NCBI GenBank assembly: GCA_977020255.1
Contig: CDROCS010001101.1
Location: 1-64,000, forward strand
From: Obrimoposthia wandeli
Lineage: Eukaryota
Direction: 5' to 3'
Length of the DNA stretch: 64,000 bases
This document shows positions 37,209-48,527 of this stretch, piece by piece. Under the pieces are notes generated by a model. It saw only the letters and a program-made list of their open reading frames with translations. It made no database searches and had not been told where the DNA came from. Position 1 is the first letter of the stretch. Every line of letters begins with the position of its first letter. The position numbers and the translations under genes are program-made.

Positions 37209-37691
37209 ATGAGTATAAATCTAGCACGACGTTCGTTATTCCGTCGTAAAGATCAAGACAATGTTGTACGACTACCTTGGCTAAAAGCAGACTTAGATTT
37301 TACTGATAAGTGTACCCGCTGTGGTGATTGCAGTAAGGCTTGTCCAGAGCAAATTATTATAGTAGGTGACGGCGGGTTTCCTGAAATCGATTTTAGCGTA
37401 TCAGAATGCAACTTTTGTAAAGAATGTGTAAATCACTGTAAAGAAGATTTATTTGATTTAGCTCAAGCTCAGGCTTGGAATAATAAAGCAGCTATTTCAA
37501 CAAATTGTTTAAACATTGAATCTGTATATTGTCGAAGTTGTGCAGAATCTTGTGAATCCGAAGCTTTGAAATTTAATTTTACTAATACAACGTTTGTTAG
37601 CCCAGATGTTGTATTAGATGATTGTAATGGTTGCGGTGCTTGCGTTTCAGTTTGTCCTGTTAATGCAATTGCTGTGAAGCGCAACCGTTAA
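37209..37691 (+). CDS. napF: Ferredoxin-type protein NapF
   Basis: RLPW, four Cys clusters. Confidence 0.93.
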   Translation: MSINLARRSLFRRKDQDNVVRLPWLKADLDFTDKCTRCGDCSKACPEQIIIVGDGGFPEIDFSVSECNFCKECVNHCKEDLFDLAQAQAWNNKAAISTNCLNIESVYCRSCAESCESEALKFNFTNTTFVSPDVVLDDCNGCGACVSVCPVNAIAVKRNR

Positions 37692-37738
37692 ATTTTAGTT
37701 ATTAAGAATATGTTTTATAATAATTATAAGGTCATAAA

Positions 37739-38011
37739 ATGGCAGAACAAGAAGTTCATATCTCAAGTCTAATTATCCACGTAAAGCCAGAATCTTTGGT
37801 AGACGTGAAAGATAAAATTTCAGCTCTCCCAGATGCTGAAATTTACGGTGATAGTGAAGAGGGTAAAATTATCGTCGTATTAGAAACCAGTAATCAAAAA
37901 TTTGTTACCGACATTATTGATAAAATTAATAATTTCGAACATGTCTTAAGTACTTCTCTTGTTTTTCACCAAATTGAAACTATTGATCCATCATGTGAGG
38001 ATGATCTATGA
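37739..38011 (+). CDS. napD: NapA chaperone NapD
   Basis: HISSLIIHV...GKIIVVLE; GTGA-type overlap with napA. Confidence 0.93.
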   Translation: MAEQEVHISSLIIHVKPESLVDVKDKISALPDAEIYGDSEEGKIIVVLETSNQKFVTDIIDKINNFEHVLSTSLVFHQIETIDPSCEDDL

Positions 38012-40494
38012 AATTAACCAGACGTGCGTTTGTTAAAGCAAATGCGGCAGTCTCTGCTGCTGCCATTGCTGGCGTTACGCTTCCAGCTAGTGCAACAAAT
38101 CTTATTGCAGTTAGCGATGAAACTAAAATTAAATGGGACAAAGCCCCATGTCGTTTCTGCGGTACAGGTTGCTCTGTATTAGTCGGAACACAAGGCGGTA
38201 AGGTTGTTGCTACACAAGGTGATCCTGAAGCACCTGTGAACAAAGGTCTTAACTGCGTTAAGGGTTACTTCTTATCGAAAATTATGTACGGTAAAGATCG
38301 TCTTACGACACCTTTATTACGTATGCGTGATGGTAAGTTTGCTAAAGATGGTGAATTCGCTCCTATTTCATGGGATCAAGCTTTTGATATCATGGCTGAG
38401 AAGTGGAAAGCTGCATTAAAAGAAAAAGGCCCAGAGTCAGTAGGTATGTTTGGTTCTGGTCAATGGACTGTGATGGAAGGTTATGCTGCTGTTAAATTGA
38501 TGAAAGCTGGTTTCCGTTCAAACAATATCGATCCGAATGCGCGTCACTGTATGGCTTCTGCTGTTGGTGGTTTCATGCGTACGTTTGGTATTGATGAGCC
38601 AATGGGTTGTTATGATGACTTTGAAGAATCAGATGCGTTCGTTCTTTGGGGTTCAAACATGGCTGAAATGCATCCAATTCTATGGACGCGTATCACTGAC
38701 CGCCGTTTAAGTAATCCACACGTTAGAGTTAACGTATTATCAACGTATAAGCATCGTTCTTTTGAGCTTGCTGATACTGGTGTTATTTTCAATCCACAGT
38801 CAGATCTAGCAATGGCTAACTTTATTGCTAACTACATCATCCAAAACGATGCTGTAAACTGGGATTTCGTTAATAAGCACACTCACTTTAAACGCACAGC
38901 AACAGATATTGGTTACGGTTTACGTGACGAACATCCAATGCAAGCTAAAGCTAAAAACCCTAACTCGGGTAAAATGACAGCAATGACATTTGAAGAGTAT
39001 AAGACGTCGGTTGCTGAGTATACAGTTGAGAAAGCATCTGAAATCTCAGGTGTATCAGAAGAAAAACTGATTATTCTTGCTAAGCAATATGCTGATCCAA
39101 ACATTAAAGTAATGTCGCTATGGACTATGGGTATGAATCAACATACACGTGGTGTATGGATGAACAGCCTTGTTTACAACATTCACTTACTTGTTGGTAA
39201 GATTTCACAACCAGGTAATGGTCCGTTCTCACTGACTGGTCAACCATCAGCATGTGGTACAGCACGTGAAGTGGGTACATTCTCACACCGTCTACCAGCT
39301 GATATGGTTGTTGCGAATCCAAAACATCGCGCAATCGCTGAGAAAATCTGGAAACTACCAGAAGGTACTATTCCACCTAAGCCAGGCTTACACGCTGTTG
39401 CACAAAACCGTGCACTAAAAGACGGTACATTGAACGCGTACTGGACTATGTGTAATAACAACATGCAAGCTGCACCAAACATGATGGAAGAAGGTTTACC
39501 GGGTTACCGTAATCCAGCTAACTTCATCGTTTGTTCTGACCCTTACCCAACAGTAACTGCACAAGCATCTGATCTTATTTTACCAACAGCAATGTGGGTA
39601 GAGAAAGAAGGCGCATACGGCAACGCAGAACGTCGTACGCAAGCTTGGTATCAACAAGTTAAATCTGTTGAAGGTGCAAAATCAGATTTATGGCAGTTAA
39701 TGGAATTTGCTAAACGCTTCAAAATTGAAGAAGTGTGGGGCGAAGATCTAATCGCTAAAATGCCTGAAGTCCGTGGTAAGACTATGTACGACGTACTGTA
39801 TAAAAACGGTAACGTTGACGCATTCCCACTAAGCGAAGCGCAAGAGCTAAATGATGATGCAAATGATCAAGGTTTCTACGTACAAAAAGGTCTATTCGAA
39901 GAATACGCAACCTTTGGTCGTGGTCATGGTCATGATTTAGCACCATACGATGTTTACCATACAGTACGTGGTTTACGTTGGCCTGTAGTGAACGGCGTTG
40001 AAACGAAATGGCGTTTTGCAGAAGGCAGTGATCCTTACGTAGGTAAAGGTAAAGGCTTTGAGTTCTACGGTAAGCCAGACGGTAAAGCAAATATCATCTT
40101 TGCACCGTATGAAGCGCCACCAGAAGTGCCAAATGAAGAATATGACATGTGGTTATGTACTGGTCGTGTATTAGAACATTGGCATTCAGGTACAATGACG
40201 GCTCGTGTTCCTGAGTTATACCGTGCAATGCCGGATGCACTTTGTTATATCCATCCTGATGACGCTAAAAAACGTAATGTGCGTCGTGGTGATGAAGTTC
40301 TTATTGAATCTCTTCGTGGTGAAGTACGTTGTCGTGTGGAAACACGCGGCCGTAACCGCCCACCAGTAGGCTTAGTATTTGTACCTTGGTTTGATGCGCG
40401 AGTATTAATTAACAAGGTATGTTTAGATGCTACGGATCCGTTATCAAAACAAACGGATTATAAAAAATGTGCAATTAAAATTACCAAAGTGTAA
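38008..40494 (+). CDS. napA: Periplasmic nitrate reductase catalytic subunit, copy 1
   Basis: Tat signal TRRAFVK; CRFCGTGC; [11 protein letters not shown]. Confidence 0.97.
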   Translation: MKLTRRAFVKANAAVSAAAIAGVTLPASATNLIAVSDETKIKWDKAPCRFCGTGCSVLVGTQGGKVVATQGDPEAPVNKGLNCVKGYFLSKIMYGKDRLTTPLLRMRDGKFAKDGEFAPISWDQAFDIMAEKWKAALKEKGPESVGMFGSGQWTVMEGYAAVKLMKAGFRSNNIDPNARHCMASAVGGFMRTFGIDEPMGCYDDFEESDAFVLWGSNMAEMHPILWTRITDRRLSNPHVRVNVLSTYKHRSFELADTGVIFNPQSDLAMANFIANYIIQNDAVNWDFVNKHTHFKRTATDIGYGLRDEHPMQAKAKNPNSGKMTAMTFEEYKTSVAEYTVEKASEISGVSEEKLIILAKQYADPNIKVMSLWTMGMNQHTRGVWMNSLVYNIHLLVGKISQPGNGPFSLTGQPSACGTAREVGTFSHRLPADMVVANPKHRAIAEKIWKLPEGTIPPKPGLHAVAQNRALKDGTLNAYWTMCNNNMQAAPNMMEEGLPGYRNPANFIVCSDPYPTVTAQASDLILPTAMWVEKEGAYGNAERRTQAWYQQVKSVEGAKSDLWQLMEFAKRFKIEEVWGEDLIAKMPEVRGKTMYDVLYKNGNVDAFPLSEAQELNDDANDQGFYVQKGLFEEYATFGRGHGHDLAPYDVYHTVRGLRWPVVNGVETKWRFAEGSDPYVGKGKGFEFYGKPDGKANIIFAPYEAPPEVPNEEYDMWLCTGRVLEHWHSGTMTARVPELYRAMPDALCYIHPDDAKKRNVRRGDEVLIESLRGEVRCRVETRGRNRPPVGLVFVPWFDARVLINKVCLDATDPLSKQTDYKKCAIKITKV

Positions 40495-40582
40495 TTAAAC
40501 CTGCATATCTTACTGAATGAATTTGCCAGCAATAGATGCTGGCAAATAACGGATTTATTTGCCAATCGGCGGAGAACATAAT

Positions 40583-41050
40583 ATGAGAAAATTATTGGCT
40601 GTACTGCTAGCTGCAGGGACTTTATTCTCAGTATCAGCACAAAGTACAGAGACTGCTGTAATTGAAAATGTAAACAACGGTGGCGTTGCATCATTACGTG
40701 GGATCACTGAGTTAGATACAACGCGTAAAGCGGATGAGTTGAAACGTGTGATCAAAGATCGTAGCCCGATTGATCGTGATTACGTATACCAACCACCACT
40801 TGTTCCGCATCAAACACGTCATTATGAAGTGTCTTTAAATGCGAACAAATGCTTGTCATGCCACAGCTGGAAATATGCTGGTGAAATGGGCGCGACTAAA
40901 ATCAGTGTAACGCATTATCAATCACGTGAAGGCGAAGTATTATCTGACGTATCACCACGTCGTTATTTCTGTCTACAGTGTCATGTTACACAAGCAGATG
41001 CAGCACCGTTAATCGACAATGACTTTAAACGTGTAGATTCATTACGCTAA
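40583..41050 (+). CDS. napB: Diheme cytochrome c NapB, copy 1
   Basis: PPLVPH, CLSCH, CLQCH. Confidence 0.95.
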   Translation: MRKLLAVLLAAGTLFSVSAQSTETAVIENVNNGGVASLRGITELDTTRKADELKRVIKDRSPIDRDYVYQPPLVPHQTRHYEVSLNANKCLSCHSWKYAGEMGATKISVTHYQSREGEVLSDVSPRRYFCLQCHVTQADAAPLIDNDFKRVDSLR

Positions 41051-41068
41051 CGAAAAAGAGGCGATAAA

Positions 41069-41641
41069 ATGAAATTTATTTTAAATTTTTGGCGAAAATT
41101 AACGGCACCAAGTAAAGCTGCTGTCGGTACTGTACTTGCTATGGGTTTCCTTGGCGGTATTATTTTCTGGGGTGCCTTTAACATGGGTATGGAAGCGACA
41201 AATACAGAAGAATTCTGTTCTGCTTGTCACGCGCCTATTGTTAAAGAACTAAAAGAAACAATTCACTATTCGAATCGTTCCGGTGTACGCGCAATCTGTT
41301 CTGATTGTCACGTACCACATAACTGGACAGATAAAATTGTACGTAAAGTACAAGCGAGTAATGAAATTGTGGCATTCTTGATGGGTAAGATTTCGACTCA
41401 AGAAAAGTTTGAAGCACGTCGTAAACATTTAGCTGTGCGTGAATGGCAACGTATGAAAGAAAATGATTCACAGGAATGTCGTAACTGTCATAACTTTGAA
41501 TACATGGACTTCTCAGAGCAAGGCCCACGTAGTCGTAAACAACATTCTACAGCACTAGCAAGTGGTGAGAAAACGTGTGTTGATTGCCACAAAGGTATTG
41601 CCCATCAACTACCGGATATGTCTGACGTACCTGGTTGGTAG
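41069..41641 (+). CDS. napC: Tetraheme cytochrome NapC, copy 1
   Basis: Four CxxCH motifs; N-terminal TM. Confidence 0.95.
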   Translation: MKFILNFWRKLTAPSKAAVGTVLAMGFLGGIIFWGAFNMGMEATNTEEFCSACHAPIVKELKETIHYSNRSGVRAICSDCHVPHNWTDKIVRKVQASNEIVAFLMGKISTQEKFEARRKHLAVREWQRMKENDSQECRNCHNFEYMDFSEQGPRSRKQHSTALASGEKTCVDCHKGIAHQLPDMSDVPGW

Positions 41642-41662
41642 ATTGAAAAAGGAAACACGATT

Positions 41663-41800
41663 ATGAGTACATTAGAATACGTTATTTGGCATATTTTAGG
41701 ATATGCAGCGATACCAACTATTTTAATTGCAGGGTTTGTAGCAGTTGCTGGCGTTTCAGTATTTGCTTTATCATTTACTGCAGACAAAAATAAAGCGTAA
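41663..41800 (+). CDS. 45-aa membrane peptide after napC (TIGR02808-like), copy 1
   Basis: MSTLEYVIWHILGYAAIPTILIAGFVAVAG; AGGAAA RBS; duplicated with the operon. Confidence 0.75.
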   Translation: MSTLEYVIWHILGYAAIPTILIAGFVAVAGVSVFALSFTADKNKA

Positions 41801-41844
41801 TACATAACTAATATGTAAATAATAATACGTGAATAAATAATATG

Positions 41845-41876
41845 AAGGCCGCATTGTTATGATGCGGCCTTTTTTT
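41845..41876 (+). terminator. Terminator of nap copy 1
   Basis: AAGGCCGCAT / ATGCGGCCTT + T run. Confidence 0.85.
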
Positions 41877-42095
41877 GTCAAAAATTTAGGCTTTGAATAC
41901 AAATACGCAGGGCTTTAGCTAAACAAAAGGGAGTACCTTTATAGCGGTATCACATAAGTGATAAAAGTATGGTGTGATTGAAACACAAATTGATTTAGCG
42001 CAAGGCTACAGATAAATACAAAATTGTAAACTAATGTAAATTATCAAAATATAGCGTATCAGCTAAATGTTAAATCCACCATGTGAGGGTGATCT

Positions 42096-44582
42096 ATGAA
42101 ACTGACCAGACGTGCATTTGTTAAAGCAAACGCAGCTGTTTCTGCTGCGGCAATAGCTGGCGTAACACTGCCTGTGAGCGCAACAAACCTGATCGCAACT
42201 AGCGATGAAACTAAAATAAAATGGGACAAAGCGGCATGCCGTTTTTGTGGTACAGGCTGCTCCGTTTTGGTCGGCACACAAGGTGGTAAGGTTGTAGCAA
42301 CGCAAGGTGATCCAGAGTCTCCAGTAAACAAAGGCCTAAACTGCGTTAAAGGTTACTTTTTATCTAAAATAATGTACGGAAAAGATCGTTTAACAACGCC
42401 TTTGCTACGGATGAAAGACGGTAAATTCGCTAAAGATGGGGAGTTTTCGCCGGTATCTTGGGACCAAGCTTTTGATATCATGGCAGAGAAATGGAAAGCA
42501 GCATTAAAAGCGAACGGCCCGACATCGATTGGTATGTTTGGTTCTGGCCAATGGACGGTAATGGAAGGTTACGCAGCGGTTAAATTGATGAAAGCGGGTT
42601 TCCGTTCAAACAATATCGATCCAAATGCGCGTCACTGTATGGCTTCTGCCGTTGGTGGTTTCATGCGTACATTTGGTATTGATGAGCCAATGGGTTGTTA
42701 TGATGATTTCGAAAATGCAGATTCGTTTGTACTTTGGGGTTCAAACATGGCAGAAATGCATCCGATTCTATGGAGTCGTATTACTGACCATCGTTTAAGT
42801 AATCCACATGTAAAAGTAAACGTATTATCAACGTATAAGCATCGCTCATTTGAACTCGCTGATACCGGTATCGTTTTTAATCCGCAGTCTGATCTAGCAA
42901 TGGCTAACTTTATTGCGAATTACATCATCCAAAATGATGCAGTCAATTGGGATTTTGTTAACAAACACACTAACTTCAAGCGTACTGCAACTGACATCGG
43001 TTACGGTTTACGTGATGAGCATCCGTTACAGCAAAAAGCGAAAAACCCTAACTCAGGTAAATTGTCAGCAATGACATTTGAAGAGTATAAAGCGTCCGTT
43101 GCAGAATATTCGGCTGAGAAAGCATCTGAAATATCAGGTGTACCCGTTGAAAAGCTAATCACACTCGCGAAACAATATGCGGATCCAAACATCAAAGTCA
43201 TGTCGTTATGGACGATGGGGATGAATCAGCATACGCGTGGCGTATGGATGAACAGCCTTGTTTATAATATCCACTTACTTGTAGGCAAAATTTCACAACC
43301 AGGTAATGGTCCATTTTCACTTACTGGTCAACCATCTGCGTGCGGTACTGCACGTGAAGTAGGGACTTTTTCACACCGTCTGCCTGCCGATATGGTTGTT
43401 AAGAATCCGAAACATCGTGCTATCGCAGAAAAAATATGGAAATTACCAGAAGGTACTATTCCAGCAAAGCCAGGCTTACATGCTGTTGCTCAAAACCGAG
43501 CATTAAAAGATGGCACGCTGAATGCGTACTGGGTGCAATGTACTAATAATATGCAAGCTGCCCCGAACATGATGGAAGAATCATTACCGGGCTACCGTAA
43601 TCCAGCTAACTTTATTGTTGTGTCAGACCCATACCCAACAGTGACGGCACAGGCGGCGGATCTTATTTTACCAACCGCTATGTGGGTGGAAAAAGAAGGC
43701 GCTTATGGTAATGCTGAACGTCGTACTCAAGCTTGGTACCAACAAGTTAAACCAATCGAAGGCGCAAAGTCTGATTCATGGCAGGTAATTGAGTTTTCAA
43801 AACGTTTCACAGTGGAAGAAGTGTGGGGCGAAGAACTGTTAGCTAAGATGCCTGAGCACAGAGGAAAAACCTTGTATGACGTTTTATACCGCAATGGGCA
43901 AGTCGATGCCTTTCCTGTGAGTGAAGCGCAAGAGTTGAATGATGAATCACATGAATTTGGTTTCTACGTACAAAAAGGCTTGTTTGAAGAGTACGCTACC
44001 TTTGGCCGTGGCCATGCGCATGATTTAGCCCCTTATGATGTTTACCATCAAGTTCGAGGACTACGCTGGCCAGTTGTCGATGGCAAAGAAACAAAATGGC
44101 GCTTTGCAGAAGGCAGTGATCCTTACGTAGGTAAAGGTAAAGGCTTTGAGTTCTATGGTAAACCAGATGGTAAAGCGAACATCATCTTTGCACCGTATGA
44201 AGCGCCACCTGAAGTACCTAATGAAGAATACGATATGTGGTTATGTACTGGCCGTGTGTTAGAGCATTGGCATTCAGGCAGTATGACTGCGCGTGTACCT
44301 GAGCTTTATCGTGCAGTACCGGATGCACTTTGTTATATCCACCCTGATGATGCGAAGAAACGTAACGTGCGTCGAGGTGATGAAGTATTGATTCAATCTC
44401 CTCGTGGTGAAGTGCGTTGCAGAATTGAAACTCGTGGTCGAAATAGACCGCCTGTAGGTTTAGTGTTTGTACCTTGGTTTGATGCGCGAGTATTGATTAA
44501 CAAGGTGATTCTCGATGCAACAGATCCATTATCAAAACAGACGGATTTCAAAAAATGTCCAATTAAAATTACCAAAGTGTAA
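42096..44582 (+). CDS. napA: Periplasmic nitrate reductase catalytic subunit, copy 2
   Basis: Same motifs as copy 1 with scattered substitutions. Confidence 0.97.
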   Translation: MKLTRRAFVKANAAVSAAAIAGVTLPVSATNLIATSDETKIKWDKAACRFCGTGCSVLVGTQGGKVVATQGDPESPVNKGLNCVKGYFLSKIMYGKDRLTTPLLRMKDGKFAKDGEFSPVSWDQAFDIMAEKWKAALKANGPTSIGMFGSGQWTVMEGYAAVKLMKAGFRSNNIDPNARHCMASAVGGFMRTFGIDEPMGCYDDFENADSFVLWGSNMAEMHPILWSRITDHRLSNPHVKVNVLSTYKHRSFELADTGIVFNPQSDLAMANFIANYIIQNDAVNWDFVNKHTNFKRTATDIGYGLRDEHPLQQKAKNPNSGKLSAMTFEEYKASVAEYSAEKASEISGVPVEKLITLAKQYADPNIKVMSLWTMGMNQHTRGVWMNSLVYNIHLLVGKISQPGNGPFSLTGQPSACGTAREVGTFSHRLPADMVVKNPKHRAIAEKIWKLPEGTIPAKPGLHAVAQNRALKDGTLNAYWVQCTNNMQAAPNMMEESLPGYRNPANFIVVSDPYPTVTAQAADLILPTAMWVEKEGAYGNAERRTQAWYQQVKPIEGAKSDSWQVIEFSKRFTVEEVWGEELLAKMPEHRGKTLYDVLYRNGQVDAFPVSEAQELNDESHEFGFYVQKGLFEEYATFGRGHAHDLAPYDVYHQVRGLRWPVVDGKETKWRFAEGSDPYVGKGKGFEFYGKPDGKANIIFAPYEAPPEVPNEEYDMWLCTGRVLEHWHSGSMTARVPELYRAVPDALCYIHPDDAKKRNVRRGDEVLIQSPRGEVRCRIETRGRNRPPVGLVFVPWFDARVLINKVILDATDPLSKQTDFKKCPIKITKV

Positions 44583-44669
44583 TTCTTAACTGCATTGCTA
44601 GAGACACGTATTGCCAGCATCATTGTTGGCAATAAACAGGTTTATTTGCCATTAGGCGGAGAATATAAT

Positions 44670-45137
44670 ATGAAAAAATTATTAGCGGTATTGCTCGCTG
44701 CAGGAACGTTATTTTCTGTTTCAGTGTTGGCGACAGAGGCGGCCGAAATTGAAAATGTAAATAACGGTGGTGTTGCATCACTGCGTGGTATTACGGAATT
44801 AGATACAACGCGCAAAGCCGATGAATTAAAGCGTGTAATCAAAGATCGCAGCCCAATTGATCGTGATTACGTCTATCAACCACCGCTTGTACCGCATCAA
44901 ACTCGTCATTATGAAGTGTCATTAAACGCCAATAAATGTCTGTCATGTCACAGCTGGAAATACGCAGGTGAAATGGGCGCGACTAAAATTAGTGTGACAC
45001 ATTACGAAGGTCGCAATGGTGAAGTATTATCTGATGTATCACCACGTCGTTATTTCTGCTTACAGTGTCATGTTACCCAAGTTGACGCTACGCCATTAAT
45101 CGATAATGATTTTAAACGTGTAGATTCATTACGCTAA
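44670..45137 (+). CDS. napB: NapB, copy 2
   Basis: Two CxxCH motifs; start ATG 44670. Confidence 0.95.
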   Translation: MKKLLAVLLAAGTLFSVSVLATEAAEIENVNNGGVASLRGITELDTTRKADELKRVIKDRSPIDRDYVYQPPLVPHQTRHYEVSLNANKCLSCHSWKYAGEMGATKISVTHYEGRNGEVLSDVSPRRYFCLQCHVTQVDATPLIDNDFKRVDSLR

Positions 45138-45166
45138 TTTAATTAACGAATAAATGAGGCGATAAA

Positions 45167-45739
45167 ATGAAACTAATTTTAAATTTTTGGCGAAAATTAA
45201 CCACGCCGAGTAAAGCCGCTGTCGGTACTGTACTTGCAATGGGTTTTCTTGGTGGTATTATTTTCTGGGGCGCGTTTAACATGGGTATGGAAGCGACAAA
45301 TACAGAAGAGTTTTGTTCTGCTTGTCACGCACCTATTGTTAAAGAATTAAAAGAAACAATTCACTATTCGAATCGTTCTGGTGTACGGGCAATCTGTTCT
45401 GATTGTCATGTACCGCATAACTGGACAGATAAAATTGTGCGTAAAGTACAAGCGAGTAATGAAATTGTGGCATTCTTGATGGGTAAAATTTCGACTCAAG
45501 AAAAATTCGAAGCTCGTCGTAAGCACTTAGCTGTGCGTGAATGGCAACGCATGAAAGAAAATGATTCACAGGAATGTCGTAACTGTCATAACTTTGAATA
45601 CATGGACTTCTCAGAGCAAGGCCCACGTAGTCGTAAACAACACTCTACAGCACTAGCAAGTGGTGAGAAAACGTGTGTTGATTGCCACAAAGGTATTGCC
45701 CATCAACTGCCGGATATGTCTGACGTACCTGGTTGGTAG
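45167..45739 (+). CDS. napC: NapC, copy 2
   Basis: Differs from copy 1 at only residues 3 and 13. Confidence 0.95.
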   Translation: MKLILNFWRKLTTPSKAAVGTVLAMGFLGGIIFWGAFNMGMEATNTEEFCSACHAPIVKELKETIHYSNRSGVRAICSDCHVPHNWTDKIVRKVQASNEIVAFLMGKISTQEKFEARRKHLAVREWQRMKENDSQECRNCHNFEYMDFSEQGPRSRKQHSTALASGEKTCVDCHKGIAHQLPDMSDVPGW

Positions 45740-45760
45740 ATTGAAAAAGGAAACACGATT

Positions 45761-45898
45761 ATGAGTACGGTTGAATACGTTATTTGGCATATTTTAGGAT
45801 ATGCAGCAATACCCACTATTTTAATTGCAGGATTTGTAGCCGTTGCTGGCGTTTCAGTATTTGCGTTATCATTTACTGCAGATAAAGATAAAACGTAA
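45761..45898 (+). CDS. 45-aa membrane peptide after napC, copy 2
   Basis: MSTVEYVIWHILGYAAIP... Confidence 0.75.
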   Translation: MSTVEYVIWHILGYAAIPTILIAGFVAVAGVSVFALSFTADKDKT

Positions 45899-45961
45899 TA
45901 AACACTTAACAAGTAAATTAATAAGTGAATTAATGCGTAAATAAATAAGTGAATAAAGAAT

Positions 45962-45993
45962 AAGGCCGTGTCCGTGTTGATACGGCCTTTTTT
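45962..45993 (+). terminator. Terminator of nap copy 2
   Basis: AAGGCCGT / ACGGCCTT + T run. Confidence 0.8.
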
Positions 45994-46101
45994 CTCTATT
46001 TTACGACCTTGAGCTAGCCTCAATATCCCTGTATTATAAAGCCTCTTAATATCCCGCTTGTTTTAATATATGAACACAGCGTTAACGAAATAAAGCATTG
46101 A

Positions 46102-46617
46102 ATGAAAAATAAAAATGTATCAATTGGTTTAACCAATCCTAAAAGTCCTACTAATGTCGGTGCGGTAATGCGTGCAGCTGGCTGTTACCAAGCTGATGCG
46201 GTTTATTACACGGGTAAAAGATATGCTCGCGCAGCAGCTTTCCAAACAGACACTAAAAATGTAGCCGCTACAACGCCATTAACTGGGGTTGATAACTGGT
46301 TAGATAGTATTCCTGAATCAACCAATATTGTGTGTGTCGAACTCGCAGAGGGCGCTATACCGCTACCTGCGTTTGAGCATCCAGACAATGTCATCTATAT
46401 CTTTGGCCCTGAAGACGGCACCATAGATCAAAAAGTAATAGATCGCGCAATGGCTGTTGTTTACGTGCCGACGGTCGGTTGTATGAACCTTGCTGCGACA
46501 GTCAATGTATTACTCTATGATCGCCTTGCCAAGTCTGTGGATACCATCGCCAATGATGCATTAATCCGCGAAAGTCGTGACAACAATAATAAAGTAAAAG
46601 TGATAAGCACAAAGTAA
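46102..46617 (+). CDS. SpoU/TrmH-family RNA methyltransferase
   Basis: NVGAVMRAA, FGPEDG, NLAATVNV. Confidence 0.88.
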   Translation: MKNKNVSIGLTNPKSPTNVGAVMRAAGCYQADAVYYTGKRYARAAAFQTDTKNVAATTPLTGVDNWLDSIPESTNIVCVELAEGAIPLPAFEHPDNVIYIFGPEDGTIDQKVIDRAMAVVYVPTVGCMNLAATVNVLLYDRLAKSVDTIANDALIRESRDNNNKVKVISTK

Positions 46618-46705
46618 AAGTCACAAGCTGATCAAGATCAACGACCGACAAGCGTAATCTCTTATAATTACTGCGCTTACATGACCGAATTTAAAAGGAA
46701 AAATA

Positions 46706-47212
46706 ATGAGCCATGCTGAATCAGGGTTTAAAGCTGCGAAACTGGCAGTATTGACCGTATCCGATACCCGTAATGAAGAAACAGATACTTCAGGGCGCTT
46801 TCTTGCAGAAGCTCTTGTTGCTGACGGTCATATTTTAATGGATAAAAAGATCGTTATTGATGATAAGTATAAGATCCGAGCTATCGTATCTCAGTGGATT
46901 GCCGACGAAGATATTCAAGGCGTACTTATCACTGGCGGTACCGGTTTTACCGCGCGCGATATGACACCTGAAGCGGTGCAGCCATTATTTGATAAAGCGA
47001 TTGAAGGCTTTGGCGAATTATTCCGTGCTGTGTCATATGATGAAATCGGTACATCAACGATTCAAAGTCGTGCTGTTGGCGGCTTTGCCAATAAAACAGT
47101 TATTTTCTGTATGCCCGGCTCAACAGGTGCATGCAAAACGGGTTGGAATAAGATCTTACGTGAGCAGCTTAATAGTTCACATCGCCCATGTAACTTTATG
47201 CCACATATCTAA
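46706..47212 (+). CDS. moaB: Molybdenum cofactor biosynthesis protein B
   Basis: [21 protein letters not shown]. Confidence 0.93.
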   Translation: MSHAESGFKAAKLAVLTVSDTRNEETDTSGRFLAEALVADGHILMDKKIVIDDKYKIRAIVSQWIADEDIQGVLITGGTGFTARDMTPEAVQPLFDKAIEGFGELFRAVSYDEIGTSTIQSRAVGGFANKTVIFCMPGSTGACKTGWNKILREQLNSSHRPCNFMPHI

Positions 47213-47241
47213 GCTATAGTATCTAAGTAATAGGAATTACA

Positions 47242-47718
47242 ATGTCTCAAGAATTTACGCATGTAAATGCTTCTGGTGAAGCAAATATGGTTGATGTGAC
47301 CGAGAAAACAATCACTCAACGTGAAGCAAGAGCGGAAGCTATCGTACGCATGTCAGCAGAAACTCTGGCTTTAATTATGTCGGGCGACCACCACAAAGGT
47401 GATGTATTTGCAACGGCGCGTATTGCTGGTATCCAAGCGGCAAAGAAAACATCTGATATTATTCCGCTTTGTCATCCACTCATGTTGACTAAAGTGACGG
47501 TTGAATTAACACCTGAACCTGAGAATAACCTTGTTCGCATCGAAACATGCTGCAAGTTGTCAGGTAAAACAGGTGTGGAAATGGAAGCGCTAACGGCTGC
47601 ATCTGTTGCTGCATTAACAATTTATGATATGTGTAAAGCGGTTCAAAAAGACATTATCATTGATGGTGTTAAGCTACTTGAAAAAACCGGTGGCAAGTCA
47701 GGCCATTTTAAAATTTAA
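47242..47718 (+). CDS. moaC: Cyclic pyranopterin monophosphate synthase
   Basis: [20 protein letters not shown]. Confidence 0.95.
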   Translation: MSQEFTHVNASGEANMVDVTEKTITQREARAEAIVRMSAETLALIMSGDHHKGDVFATARIAGIQAAKKTSDIIPLCHPLMLTKVTVELTPEPENNLVRIETCCKLSGKTGVEMEALTAASVAALTIYDMCKAVQKDIIIDGVKLLEKTGGKSGHFKI

Positions 47719-47735
47719 ATTGCGCAGGTATTATC

Positions 47736-47981
47736 ATGATTAAAGTTTTATTTTTTGCACAAATTAGAGAATTGGTTGATTGCGCTGAGCTAGAAGTGGC
47801 TGGTCCGTTTGAATCAGTTAATGCATTACGTGCAGAGCTAGCCGCTAAAGGCGGAAAGTGGGCACTAGCGCTTGATTCAGATAAATTATTAGTCGCTGTT
47901 AATCAAGAAATCTGTAGCTTAGATTCACCGGTAGAAGATGGTGTTGAAGTTGCATTTTTCCCACCTGTAACTGGGGGGTAA
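47736..47981 (+). CDS. moaD: Molybdopterin synthase sulfur carrier
   Basis: VLFFAQIRE...PPVTGG. Confidence 0.95.
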   Translation: MIKVLFFAQIRELVDCAELEVAGPFESVNALRAELAAKGGKWALALDSDKLLVAVNQEICSLDSPVEDGVEVAFFPPVTGG

Positions 47982-47984
47982 GTT

Positions 47985-48440
47985 ATGTCTGCTGATGCAA
48001 TTCAAATTCAAACAGAAGATTTTGATCTGGCAACTGAATATGCTGCCTTAGGCAAAAGTCATAGCACTGGTGCGATTGTTACTTTTATCGGTAAAGTACG
48101 TGATTTTAACCAAGGTGATAATGTGTCGGGTTTAACACTTGAACACTATCCTGGTATGACAGAAAAATCTCTGGCGAAAATCTTAGTTGAAGCTGAAACA
48201 CGTTGGTCAATTCAAGGCGTTAAAGTGATCCACCGTATTGGTGAGTTAGCGTTAGGCGACCAGATTGTCTTTGTCGGCGTTGCAAGTATGCACCGTGGAG
48301 ATGCTTTCCAAGCCTGCGAATTCATTATGGATTACTTGAAAACTCAAGCGCCATTCTGGAAGAAAGAAGCCACTGAAGACGGTTCACATTGGGTTGATGC
48401 CCGTGAGACAGATACGACAGCGGCTGATCGCTGGAAATAA
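47985..48440 (+). CDS. moaE: Molybdopterin synthase catalytic subunit
   Basis: LEHYPGMT, HRIGEL, APFWKKE. Confidence 0.95.
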   Translation: MSADAIQIQTEDFDLATEYAALGKSHSTGAIVTFIGKVRDFNQGDNVSGLTLEHYPGMTEKSLAKILVEAETRWSIQGVKVIHRIGELALGDQIVFVGVASMHRGDAFQACEFIMDYLKTQAPFWKKEATEDGSHWVDARETDTTAADRWK

Positions 48441-48527
48441 CATTTTCCTGAATAGATAGATGTTATTATTAGCAGTGATGTATTCTCTATTGAGAAAGTA
48501 TCACTGCTAAACCTAACTTTACTATTA

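Noticed and set aside
42096-45898. nap duplication as an assembly artefact
   Set aside because: The copies differ at many synonymous and some non-synonymous sites and have different upstream regions and terminators.
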